A DNA stretch of 63,763 bases, the filler included, from Reclinomonas americana ATCC 50394 (Eukaryota), in assembly GCA_048213135.1 (NCBI GenBank). It is 6 parts of 4 records of this genome, joined end to end, with 100 filler letters (N's around TTAATTAATTAA, not from the genome) between each part and the next. Parts side by side here need not be neighbours in the genome. Positions count along the whole stretch, not along the records: positions 1 to 19,165 come from PS015837.1; positions 19,266 to 24,014 come from PS015837.1; positions 24,115 to 36,383 come from PS015838.1; 3 more parts are not named here. One strand, given 5' to 3'. Made by a program: the position numbers and the translations under genes. Shown piece after piece: positions 12,856-24,487 of this stretch (the first letter of the stretch is position 1; the number at the start of each line of letters is the position of its first letter). Under the pieces are notes generated by a model. It searched no databases, was not told the DNA's origin, and saw only the letters and a program-made list of their open reading frames with translations.

Positions 12856-15800
12856 CGAGGGCGAGGGACTGCTGCGCTGGAGGAGTTCTCAACATTTGTG
12901 TGGATCCTGTTCAGTTCCACATGACGAGTATCACTTTGATGAGTGCATGCCCGAGTTGCCAGAATCAGATCACGCCTTGGCAAGGGACGTTTGTATGCAA
13001 CTCGCAACAAAGTATTCTGCGGCCAAGTGGGGCACCATCCCAGACGGTTACAACACTTTTCCCACACTGATTTTGGTTTCTGTTTAACTCATCATTCTCG
13101 TTGCAGATGTCAAGTCAGATCTAATCAGTTCATCGATTCAGGCCGCGGCGAAAGCCGCTATTGCAAAGGCGAATGCCGCTCTGGCCGCGCGACTTGCGCA
13201 GCTCGAGCAAGAGGCTGCAGCTCGCGCCGCTGTAGGGGACGCTGGCCAGCATTCCCCGGAGCGTACGCGTGATGTTTTCGATGAGTCCGCCGACGACAGT
13301 AGATGTTGCGTGCAAAAAGGGTGCTGAGTGTGACGAGCTCGCGAGACGATGGTTTACCAACTGAGTTTTGTGTCACTGTCTTTGCAGTTATACCGATTGC
13401 CAACAGGTTTGATGCCGTGCTTGACCAGCGGAGTCTGAAGTGGGGACTACGCCTTCTCTTAGACGTGGCTGCCGATCTCGTCAACAAGACGAAAAGTGTT
13501 CTCGACCTACAATGCCGGCAAGCACTCATGCAAGGTACGTGTGACAATAGCAACGCTGTCATAGTGCTCTCGCTTCTTCTGAGTGAGTTCGCGGCAGGGT
13601 TTGTGCGCCTCGCAAACTGGGAAATGAGCAGCATGCTGCAAGTCGGCGAAGACCTGCGCGCCATTGTGTGTGACGATTGCTTGGCGTCAGTCACGCGTGA
13701 CATTCATCAGTCGCTCCGCGAGTTGTTGTCGGGTTCGGTGGATGGCGTGAAGTATTCGACTCTGGAGTCGGTGGATGAGGATGTGGCTCTGTTGGCTGAC
13801 GAAGTGGAAGAGGACGCGGAACCAAAACACAACTTCAAAGTGTACGGCTGTGCACCTTGTATCTCGCAGTCGCTCATCTCTCCTTTGTTTTTCTTACTTT
13901 TGCCGTCTGACAGGCCACTGATTTATGTGAGATATCTCATGGAGAGTTCGGTTCTTGGTGTTGGTGACGATGCAGGTGCCAGCGGCAGCGGTGGTGAATC
14001 GGCTGCGACCCATCGCGTGCTAAATATTGACTCTCAAATCTACAATCCTGAGTGTGCGTGACGGCGGTGAGTTTGTGTGTCTGCACACTGCCACTTAAGT
14101 GGTGTGGTGTCGTGCGCAGTTTTCGCCGGCAGCGAAACTTGCGTCGAGGGCACCGTGTGGACCGGTATGTTTGGATGCATATTGAGGATGCAGTCGGTCG
14201 CGGTGGCTGCACCAGAAGAGACCCCCTTTTCGGTGGTGTACACGCACGGCGCAGTGGTGTCGAAGCAGCCACCTCGTGGTTTGTGCTGCAATTTCACGGT
14301 ATGCATGCACAATCACTCAGTGACTGCGATGTTTTTTTGTTTGTTTGCAGCGCCAGGACGTGGTCGCAGGGCGACCGGCACTGCGAATGCGGGTCCGTCG
14401 ACCGAGCCAGCGGCCACGAATGCGGAGGCCACAGGCGGGACGAGAATGATGGACTTGGGCCTCGTTTTGCGCCAGTACACCAGTGTTCGTGACGAGTACA
14501 ATTCGCTCCCAGTGTTTCTGACAGAGAACAAGTCGGGTATCTCGTTCTGGAATGCGTAAGTACTGTGTGTCTGATCTCTCCCGAGCTCAGCGCTTGGGGT
14601 CTGAAATATGGTACTCATTGTTGTTGTTGTCGTATGTGTATATGTGCGTGATCACAGGGTGACTCCGGCCAACGTACCTCCAGGTGTGGCTGCTGCCTCC
14701 CTCGTTCGTGTCTGCAACAACGTGAGGGCCGGCAATCGCACGAGCGCCGCACTGGACGACTTGAATGTTCTCAGTGAGGCTGGCGTGATTCAGCAGAGGG
14801 CACGGACCTCGCTTGGCTTGCTGCGCCATCCAGACGCCAAGAAGGTTTTCGAGTCGATGTGGGTTTCGTTGCACCAGCTGGCGGCGTATGTGGAGCCAGG
14901 ACGCGAAAAAGAGCTTACGGTGTTCGGCGGTCTCACGGGGCACTCATCGGTGGCCATTTTCGAGTGTCACTTTGTCAGTACCGATGTTGTCGGCTACTCT
15001 GCGCTTGGCGTCTGGCAGTTTGCCAGCTGCGGAGTGACGGCGCGCGAAATGTTGCACAGCGAGTTTCTTGGCTTGCGAGGTGCGTGTGTGTGTGTGTGTG
15101 TGTCATCGTTGGTGAGTTCATCATCTTTATCATCATTATATATTGTGCTTTGTGCAGTGGGCACGGTGGTGTCACTACATGCGGTGCTGCTTGCAATCTT
15201 GAAGACGGCACACCGAACTGCCGCTCTGCTTCACGCAACTGTACGGCAGGAGCGATTCCACCAGGCGATCGTTCGGGCCAACCCATCGCTCAGCTCGTGG
15301 AGCTCAAGCCAGAGTGGCGCCACTCCTCAGCATGACAGCACAATCGTTGGGCCGTCGATGACGGACCAAGGCGCCAAAAACTCCAACGTCGTTACCAAGA
15401 CAACGAGCACACAGCAAGCGCAGGTAGAAGCGCAAGTGCTGAGGACGCTGTACAACGACGCTGCTATTCGCGTCTTCTTGCCGCAGCTGCTGAGAGAGGA
15501 GCCGCAGCGAGGTGTTCTGGTGTTCGAGCAAGTCCCCGACGACGTGCTGTTCAACATCGACGAGGTGGCTATTGCGGTGCGCGACGCGCTCTTGGTACTC
15601 CGCAGCTTGCACGCCCACCACATCGTGCACTGCGACATCAAGCCGGTGCACATTCTTTTCGACCGAAAACGACAAGGTGCGATTCTGATCGACTACAACT
15701 TGTGCGTGATGCTGCGCGAGGACGGCGCCCGCCAGTATGGCAGCAAGCGCGGCACCCGAGGCTTTTTTGTACGTTGCATCGCACGCGTGTCCTCCATTGT

Positions 15801-16434
15801 TGTTATGTTGTTGGGTTTGCTGACCGCCATGTGTACGTTCGCTGCGTTACGGAAGGCGCCTGAGATGTGCGGATGGGACGGCGAGCGTCATCCGTGGGGC
15901 GTGGAAGTCGACATGTGGAGCCTCGGAGTGACGTTGGCCATGATGCTGATGGGCCAAAAGTACCCATGGTACACGGATTCGTTGCACCCGTTTGACGTGC
16001 GGCACGTTCTCGAAGAGGCCACTTGCGAGAAGCGTGACATGTGCACGAAGGAGGGGTCGGCTGCGTGGCACAAGTGGAGCCTGGCCATCGACCTCATGGG
16101 ACTCATGACGGCGCTGGAGCCCGACGACCGCATCAGCGCGGCCGATGCTCTGCAGCACGAGTGGTTCGCCACGTGCCCGCCTGTGTCAGTACCTGTGTCG
16201 GTACCTGAGTCGGTGCCTGTGTCGGCGCCAGCGTCCACCCCCGTTGTCACGCATTCGCAGGCGGTAGCTGCGGCACCGCCGCGTGTGGTGAAAAAGACGA
16301 ATGCCGCGGCCGAAGGCCGGATTCCGTTAGCAACGCTCTCAGCGAGTCAACGCAACCGGCAGCCAGCGGCTGCAGTCAGCAGCAAAGCCGCTGGTAGCAG
16401 TCGCGAACGTCAGCAAGCACCGGCGCCCCTCTGA
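11481..16434 (+). CDS. Putative PD-(D/E)XK nuclease-like + atypical Ser/Thr protein kinase fusion (Crinkler/CR-effector-like architecture)
   Basis: Kinase motifs: VVTK...E, HIVHCDIKPVH, LIDYNL, GTRGFF|APE (87-nt in-frame intron 15769-15855), DMWSLG, RISAADALQHEWF. Upstream exons give MMDLGLVL...PVFLTENKS...HQLAAY...VFGGLTGHSSVAIF. Start is tentative (ATG G|GTGAGT at 11481); first firm exon is 12915-13046. Confidence 0.75.
11611..11703. repeat. (TG)n microsatellite
   Basis: Perfect TG run of about 46 units. Confidence 0.95.
12505..12795. repeat. Intronic 18-bp minisatellite (GAGAGCACGAGCGACAGA)n
   Basis: More than 10 tandem, progressively diverging units flanked by (GA)n. Confidence 0.85.
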
Positions 16435-17037
16435 TGTGCGAGGAGAAGTGCAGATATATACACGAGACTTGTTGCGATCACTGGTAGATGCTCATTATGT
16501 ATGGATCAGTGAAGTTTCTATTATTATTAGAGGAGATCCGGAAAATGGAGATCTGAGAGAAGAAGGAAAAAGGGTGCATGATATCGCGTTGGTATTCACG
16601 AGTACCTTAGTTGATCATCCATGCAAAACATTCGAGGGTGACTGAAAGTATGCCGAGCTGGTGGAGAAGATCCGAACGCACACTAGTACTGGAGCGGTGG
16701 TTACGTACGTGCCGATTGTTTTCACACAAGTTGGATCGTGCGCGCAGACTACCCGGCGTCGTTGAAGAAGTTGGGCATTGAGAACGGCCAGCTGCGCCGA
16801 GTGGTGGACCGATCCTGGGCGGGGACAATGCGATGTTCGCAGCGCTTTCCGCTGTGCAGGTGGCCAAACAACGCAACGTCGACGTCAACCACAAAAAAGA
16901 ACACCTGTTCCACCACGCAAAGCACAGAACATCAAAGAACAAAAGAAGCAGCTCGCACAAGAGAAACACAACGCACAACGCACACAGGAAGACAAACTTG
17001 CATGTCACAGGACACAACTCACAAACTCACTGATTAG

Positions 17038-18301
17038 ATGACCGCAAGCAACGCAGACTATGTTCTGTCTCTCCCCATCACGGATCACTCGTAGAACACA
17101 CTCCTCCTCTTTCTCTCCCGCAATCTCTCACACACACAGTCATTCTCAATCTTTCTCTCGTCCCTCTTCTCCTTCTCCTCCTCCTCTATCTTCTTCCCCC
17201 CACTCACCTCCTCCTTCCCCTTCCCTCAGACGGGCTTCTACTGGTGCAGCGAACCCACCCCGCACACCATTTACATTTTCGACAATGGCGGCACCCTCTC
17301 CTTGAACACCTCCGGGCGCCTCCGCTACACCTCCACTGCATCAGCTGGCGCCGGCTCCTCCAGCGGCATTGCATCAGCTGCTCCCCCTGCATCGTCATCC
17401 TCCTCATCAAATGGAGTGACCACTTTGCGACGAGACTCGGCAGAGGAGGCCGACAAGTTTACGCGTTTGGTCGATGGGAAGAACGCAGGCACACTGTTGT
17501 TTACGCGACTGGGAACGCTTGTGGCCTCCAGTGCGTCGACTGTGAATGGGAGCAGCAGAAGGCGACTGGGAGGCAGGGGCATTGGCGATGATGATGGTTC
17601 TGCTGGCGGAGATGATGATGGGAGGCAGCAGTGGATGAGTGCGCGTAATCGTGTCGATGGGTACACGATCTTTCCGTTGAATACCGATGAGCCCATTGTG
17701 TTTGCCTATAAGATCAGCGGTGAGCGTGAGAGGGGGAAAGAGGGGAAGGAATAGACGGAAAGGGGAGTTCTCTGCTTGTTCTTGTGCTTCGTTGCTCACT
17801 GACTCAGCCCCCAACGCTCGAGGATATTGGTTTACTGTCGCGTGGGAGAGAGCAAGGTTTCGAGAGTCTCCTTGGTTTTTGTGTTTGCGTGCTTCGTTTC
17901 TATCTGTCCTTGCGCAATTTTGTGTCTTTGTGCTCCCTATAATCTCGTCCCCCATTCGTTGCTCTCTACCTCTGTTCCCAAAGCGCGAGGATATTGCTTG
18001 ACAGAGAACAAAGCGTCCGGTAGAGTCTTGTTCTACTTGCTTGTTTTCTGTGACCTGCACCTGCTCGCCCATTTATATCTTTCTCTCCTCTCTCCCCGAG
18101 AGCGAGCTGTTGTTGCTGCGCGACAGAGAATCTCGTTCTCGTCTTTCATTTCTGTGACCTCGTGCTTCGTTTCTTTGCCTCTGTCCCCTAAGCGGAAGGA
18201 TATTGCGTTGCTGCCGCGTCATCGAGAGAGCCTTGTTTTCTGTGCCCTCGTGCTTTTCCGTTTGCTCTCCTATTCGTTTCTCTCTCTTTCGTTTGCCACT
18301 G

Positions 18302-18336
<35 letters not shown>

Positions 18337-19018
18337 CTCGCTGCTTCTGCCTCTGCCTCGTCCCCCAAGTCGCGAGCTTACTTCTGCGTGACGGAGTGTC
18401 TCCCTCGCGTTGCTCTTGTTCTGTATCCTCGTGCTCCTTCTCTTTCACACCCTCTCGCTCTACCTCTGTCCCCCAAATCGCGAGCTTAATGTATCGCGAC
18501 AGAGAGTCTCGCTCTCCATGCTCTGTTTCTGTGTCCTCGTGCCTGTTCTCTTTCACTCTCTTTCGTATCTCTCTGCTGCTCTCCCCGCGAGTATGAATAG
18601 AGATCGCTCTCTTTGTTCTTTTTCTGTGTCCCCGTGCTCATTCTCTGTCTCTCTCCCGTCGAATACGACAGAGACAACGAGACAGACAGACAAAGAAAGA
18701 GAGTCCTCCTTGCCTCTGCGTCACTGTTGTTGCTGATGGCCGTGTGGCGCACAGGCGTTCATGTAGTCACGGAACAGGATCTGGAGATCGAGGACTACTG
18801 CGGAGAGTACTTGTCGCCCACTGGCGTTCGTTGCGTGCAACTCGGCTTGCCTTGTTCCAGAACCTGTGCGTTTCTGACGCGTTGATGGCGTGCAGGTGGC
18901 ACTGTGGTTGCCTCGTCGGACCCGTTCGGCCTCATCTTCGAAACGCACATGGATCACCGCCACGTCACAATCGAGGCGTTCTGGACGAAGCGTGGTGACT
19001 GCTTCCGTGACTCACGAG
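17038..19018 (+). CDS. Hypothetical protein fragment (3' end cut by contig spacer, 5' end uncertain)
   Basis: Phase-consistent exons 17038-17061 (tentative), 17230-17719 (TGFYWCSEPTPHTIYIFDNGG...PIVFAYKIS), 18755-18829 and 18896-19018 (...FGLIFETHMDHRHVTIEAFWTKRGDCFRDSR). Confidence 0.55.
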
Positions 19019-19209
19019 GTGCGTCAATCACGAAGTACCAACATCTTGGTCACTAGTTGACCTGTTCCTTCCCCCTTCTCCTTCCCCCTGTTCCTTCCCC
19101 CTGTTCCTTCCCCCTTCTCCTTCCCCCTTCTCCTTCCCCTTCTCTTCCCCTGTTCCTTCCCCCTGNNNNNNNNNNNNNNNNNNNNNNNNNNNNNNNNNNN
19201 NNNNNNNNN

Positions 19210-19221
19210 TTAATTAATTAA
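19210..19221. other. Artificial contig spacer TTAATTAATTAA (stops in all six frames) inside an N block
   Basis: Identical 12-mer flanked by 44 Ns on each side; recurs five times in the window. Confidence 0.95.
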
Positions 19222-19816
19222 NNNNNNNNNNNNNNNNNNNNNNNNNNNNNNNNNNNNNNNNNNNNAAGGGAAGGGTGAGGGAAGGGGAGGGAGAAGGGGA
19301 AGGAGAAGGGGAAGGGGAAGAGGAAGGCAAAAGAGAGAGAGAGAGAGAGTGAGTGAGTGAGTGAGTGAGTGAGTGAGTGAGTCAGTGAGTGAAGGAGTGA
19401 GTGTGTGAGCGAGTGTGTGAGTGAGTGAGTGAGGGAAAGAGTGAGGGAGTGAGTGAGAGAGAGAGAGAATGCAGTGAGTGAGTGAGTGAGTGCGTGTGCG
19501 AGTGAGTGAGAGGGAGTGCATGAGTGAGTGAGTGAGTGAGAGTGAGAGTGAGTGAGGGAGTGAGTGAGTGAGTGAGTGAGTGAGTGAGTGAGTGAGTGAG
19601 TGAGTGAGTGAGTGAATGAGCGAGTGAGTGAGAGAGAGAGACACTGGAAGCGAGTGAAAGAGAGAGTGAGAGAGAGAGAGTGAGTGAGTGAGTGAGTGAG
19701 TGTGTGTGTGTGTGTGAGTGAGTGAGTGAGTGTGAGTGTGTTATGCGAATATTGATGCATGCATGCATGTGTTGTCTGTTTCGTTTGGTTGTCTCCCTTT
19801 CTGTGTGTTACGCAAC

Positions 19817-19883
19817 TGAATTGAATGAGCAACTCGCGATCGCTCTCCAACGCGGCCACATCGTTGTCGACTGCGTCGCTCAT
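19817..19883 (-). CDS. Probable first exon of an unknown gene divergent from polyubiquitin
   Basis: ATG...MSDAVDNDVAALESDRELLIQF followed by a GTTGCG donor and a TCAC/TC-rich intron-like tract that runs into the spacer. Confidence 0.35.
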
Positions 19884-20201
19884 TGTGTGAGCAAATAAAC
19901 AACGAAACAAATCGTGGGACGCAATGAGGACGCTGGATTGTGAGTGCTTCGTGTGTGGCTGGATGCATTGAGAGGGCGTGCGTGAGGTGCGAGGGTGGTG
20001 TTGTGTTCGAGGAAGAGAGAGAGCTGTGGGAAAAGATCGCGAAGTTCAGTTGAGTTGTCGACGTCGATTCCCGGACGCGCGCGTGTTGGACGCTTGCAAT
20101 TGGTTGACGATCTCCGCATGTGCGACATGCGCGTGCGCAACCGGTACCACAGCTGGAGATCAGAGTGGATACGCGACACTTGCGGCGATCGACGTCGATG
20201 A

Positions 20202-20933
<732 letters not shown>

Positions 20934-22561
20934 NNNNNNNNNNNNNNNNNNNNNNNNNNNNNNNNNNNNNNNNNNNNNNNNNNNNNNNNNNNNNNNNNNN
21001 NNNNNNNNNNNNNNNNNNNNNNNNNNNNNNNNNNNNNNNNNNNNNNNNNNNNNNNNNNNNNNNNNNNNNNNNNNNNNNNNNNNNNNNNNNNNNNNNNNNN
21101 NNNNNNNNNNNNNNNNNNNNNNNNNNNNNNNNNNNNNNNNNNNNNNNNNNNNNNNNNNNNNNNNNNNNNNNNNNNNNNNNNNNNNNNNNNNNNNNNNNNN
21201 NNNNNNNNNNNNNNNNNNNNNNNNNNNNNNNNNNNNNNNNNNNNNNNNNNNNNNNNNNNNNNNNNNNNNNNNNNNNNNNNNNNNNNNNNNNNNNNNNNNN
21301 NNNNNNNNNNNNNNNNNNNNNNNNNNNNNNNNNNNNNNNNNNNNNNNNNNNNNNNNNNNNNNNNNNNNNNNNNNNNNNNNNNNNNNNNNNNNNNNNNNNN
21401 NNNNNNNNNNNNNNNNNNNNNNNNNNNNNNNNNNNNNNNNNNNNNNNNNNNNNNNNNNNNNNNNNNNNNNNNNNNNNNNNNNNNNNNNNNNNNNNNNNNN
21501 NNNNNNNNNNNNNNNNNNNNNNNNNNNNNNNNNNNNNNNNNNNNNNNNNNNNNNNNNNNNNNNNNNNNNNNNNNNNNNNNNNNNNNNNNNNNNNNNNNNN
21601 NNNNNNNNNNNNNNNNNNNNNNNNNNNNNNNNNNNNNNNNNNNNNNNNNNNNNNNNNNNNNNNNNNNNNNNNNNNNNNNNNNNNNNNNNNNNNNNNNNNN
21701 NNNNNNNNCACAGCAACGACAGCGAATCTTGCAGGCAGTGTGTGTGTGTGTCTCTCTCTCATAGTGTGTGTGCGTGTGTGTGTGTGTGTTGCTCACCAGC
21801 TGCAAGATTCGGATAAAAGCCGCGCGCGCATGCATTCCGACTGGTGCTCTCCGCGGACGCAGTGAGCGCAAGTTGAAGGCGACGCAGTGCGGTGCGGCAT
21901 CTTGACTAAAGGATCTCTGCAAGAGACAGAAAGGTGAAGTGTGAGAAGGGAGAGAGAGAGAGAGAAGAGACAGAGATTCGCTTGTGCAGATTCTCGTTTC
22001 GTACCTCTTGTTTGTTGTTGTTGTTGTTGTTGAAAGCGTAGACTGAGGTCACTGTGCGTGTGAGAGAGGGAAGGGAGAGTGTGTGTCAGAGGATGGGGTG
22101 TTTGGAGTGGTTGAATTGCAAGGAACAACTGCACCTGTGATCACCAACACCACCACCACTCCCATCACCGCTTGTTTGTCTCGGTGCATTTTCTCTCTCT
22201 CACTGCTCTCTCTCTCTCTCTGTGCCTATACCCTCTCTCTCTCTGTCTTTTTCTGTCTGTGTGTGTGTGGAAGTGTGCGCTATCTCTTCATCTTCTCTCG
22301 CACAATCAACACAAAACCAATTGGCCACGCGACAAACGGGACAAACAACGAAAAATTCAACCGACCAATTGCAGGAATGCGGATGAGAAACCGTGCCACC
22401 ACTCTGCACACGCAGAGGGAAAGACTGAGGTGGGGGGTGTGCGTGGTGCATTCGGCACCGTGAATATAGATGAAGAGAGTGATGTGACAATATCAATCAC
22501 ACTGGACCAATTCAAATCTCAACAGCAATGCAAGAACAGGTTCTAATTCAAACAGTATGGA

Positions 22562-22786
22562 GATCATCATCTTGAGAGAGAATCAGGAACTGAGACATCA
22601 TGGAAACAATGCGAGAAAAGGTTGTGGTGAAGATCGCAGTTCTCGACTTGTTCGGAGCTCCGAGAGCGAACACACAGAAGCTGCTGCCTCAAGATTAGTG
22701 TCTGTGACGCCAGCATTAGCCATCTCGACCTTTTCTCGTTTTTTCCGTGATATCTGAGTTTCTGGTGCTCACTCAAGATGGTGATC
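22562..22786. mobile_element. Candidate MITE-like element with ~60-bp imperfect terminal inverted repeats
   Basis: 22562-22621 (GATCATCATCTTGAGAGAGAATCAGGAACTGAGACATCATGGAAAC...) is the imperfect reverse complement of 22729-22786 (...GATATCTGAGTTTCTGGTGCTCACTCAAGATGGTGATC). Related sequence at ~37820-37905. Confidence 0.5.
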
Positions 22787-22949
22787 GATCATGATATCAT
22801 CATGCAGCTGTGTTGCTGTTTGGATCAGTAAAGTTGTTGTTGTTGTTGTTGTTGTTGTTGAGGTTTTGGATACGGTTGAACTTGTTCATGATCATCAAGA
22901 CAGCTGTTGCTTGTTTGTTGGTGATGCCGAACCTGAATGAACGTCAAGT

Positions 22950-24136
22950 ACAAGTGATCAAGTGACCGCATTGACGACGGACTCGATCGACATGGAGAAG
23001 CTCTGTGGCTGCAGCTCGAGGCAAGCACATTTATACGTCCGCTCTCGGAAGTCGGGAACTGCGATCCGCATCGCGTGAACCTGCGAGGCTGAGAGCAGGA
23101 ATAGCAGAAGGAGCGATGCAAGTGATCGTGGCCAAAGTCGTCCTTGCCGACTGACAGCATGCCCGCAGCTGCACTCAGGATGAACATGGAATGTCAGAAG
23201 TCCGATGGCTGCTGCTTTTTTGCGCTCGTCGACAGCAAGCACTCGGCACGTGAGTAACGACCGTTGTCCAACTGTTGCTGCATTCTGCTCACGTCACCTG
23301 GCAGCGTGCAGAAGCACATCACTCCGCTGCAACCGCTGTCTTGATGCACAGCATTCAAGCAGCTTCACCCCGAAAGAGCAGAAGAGTTAGTCCGATTGTT
23401 GTCACCTGCTGTTCGCGTCCGTTGACAGCACTCCTCACACATAGTGAGTGAAGTGCACCACTCCGCAATCATCTCTGCCACTCCCAACTGCCGAACCACA
23501 TCCGGATCCTTCACTCGGAACGACCGGTGGTCATACACACGCACACTCACACACACACACATACAAAAGAGCCTCTGCAACAGACAGAGAGGGGGAAAAG
23601 GGTGTCCCTCTCACAGTTGATCGTTGACGATAAATCTGCAAACAGCGCGTCAGTTTTCAAATGCACGACGCCTGCGTGGCAGTGGGCAGTTGCGTACCGA
23701 TTGCCCTCGGATTGCTTGCCGCAGTAGACGTATCTGTAACCACACGTGAGAGATTGGTGCAATGGAACAACACACCGCACACCACAAGACCTTGTGTATC
23801 CTGCAAAAAATAAACAAACCATGTCAGACACCGACTTCCTTCCCTGCTCTACTCCCACAACATCCACTCACCAAAGTACGCGCCCGGATCCGCACCACCC
23901 TCCTCGCTCCCGTCTTCCGCCCGTCGCGGTGGGGCAATGGATGAGGCTTGTGCGGCGGCGGTGGCGGCGGCGGCGGCAGAGGGACTGGCGGGTGCGCCAG
24001 ATGCCGAGGCAGCGNNNNNNNNNNNNNNNNNNNNNNNNNNNNNNNNNNNNNNNNNNNNTTAATTAATTAANNNNNNNNNNNNNNNNNNNNNNNNNNNNNN
24101 NNNNNNNNNNNNNNCTCTCTCTCTCTCTCACACACA

Positions 24137-24196
<60 letters not shown>

Positions 24197-24487
24197 ACAC
24201 ACACATTCATACACAGTCTCGTTCACTCTCTCACTCATTCACACACACTCAAGCTCTCTTCTCCCTCCCTCACACACACACACACACTCTTCTCTTCCTC
24301 CTCCTCACACATACACGGCACATGTATCAGACAGAGGAAGTGAGAGCCGCGCCATGTCCTCTCTCTCACTCTCTCACTCTCGCTCTCACTCACCGCTCTC
24401 CACCTCCGCCTCCTCCTCTGCTACTGCATGAGCAGGTGCGAGGTCATCGGCGATGGGCGATGCGGCGACGGCTGACGGCGAGGACAT
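22950..24487 (-). CDS. Hypothetical multi-exon protein (spans a contig spacer; 3' end uncertain)
   Basis: Exon 24394-24487 (MSSPSAVAASPIADDLAPAHAVAEEEAEVES|GTGAGT), an Ala-rich segment at ~23880-24014, and short exons reading GYTRSCGVR-YVYCGKQSEGNR-FIVNDQL. Confidence 0.35.
24059..24070. other. Artificial contig spacer TTAATTAATTAA
   Basis: Same N44-12mer-N44 structure. Confidence 0.95.

Noticed and set aside
9705..13087. Long ORFs running through N gaps (also at 20.9, 25, 27.7, 33, 41.4, 48 and 55.6 kb)
   Set aside because: Their length comes from Ns translated as X.
21709..21915. Possible minus-strand exons (MPHRTASPSTCAHC...; IRCRCC) as RPB12 or a zinc finger
   Set aside because: Frame is ambiguous, the sequence runs into a gap, and it does not match beyond a few residues.
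23290..23730. YVYCGK and LTLLLFRG as a degenerate second BTB/TLDc gene
   Set aside because: The matches are too short, and an alternative splicing solution explains the sequence without these domains.
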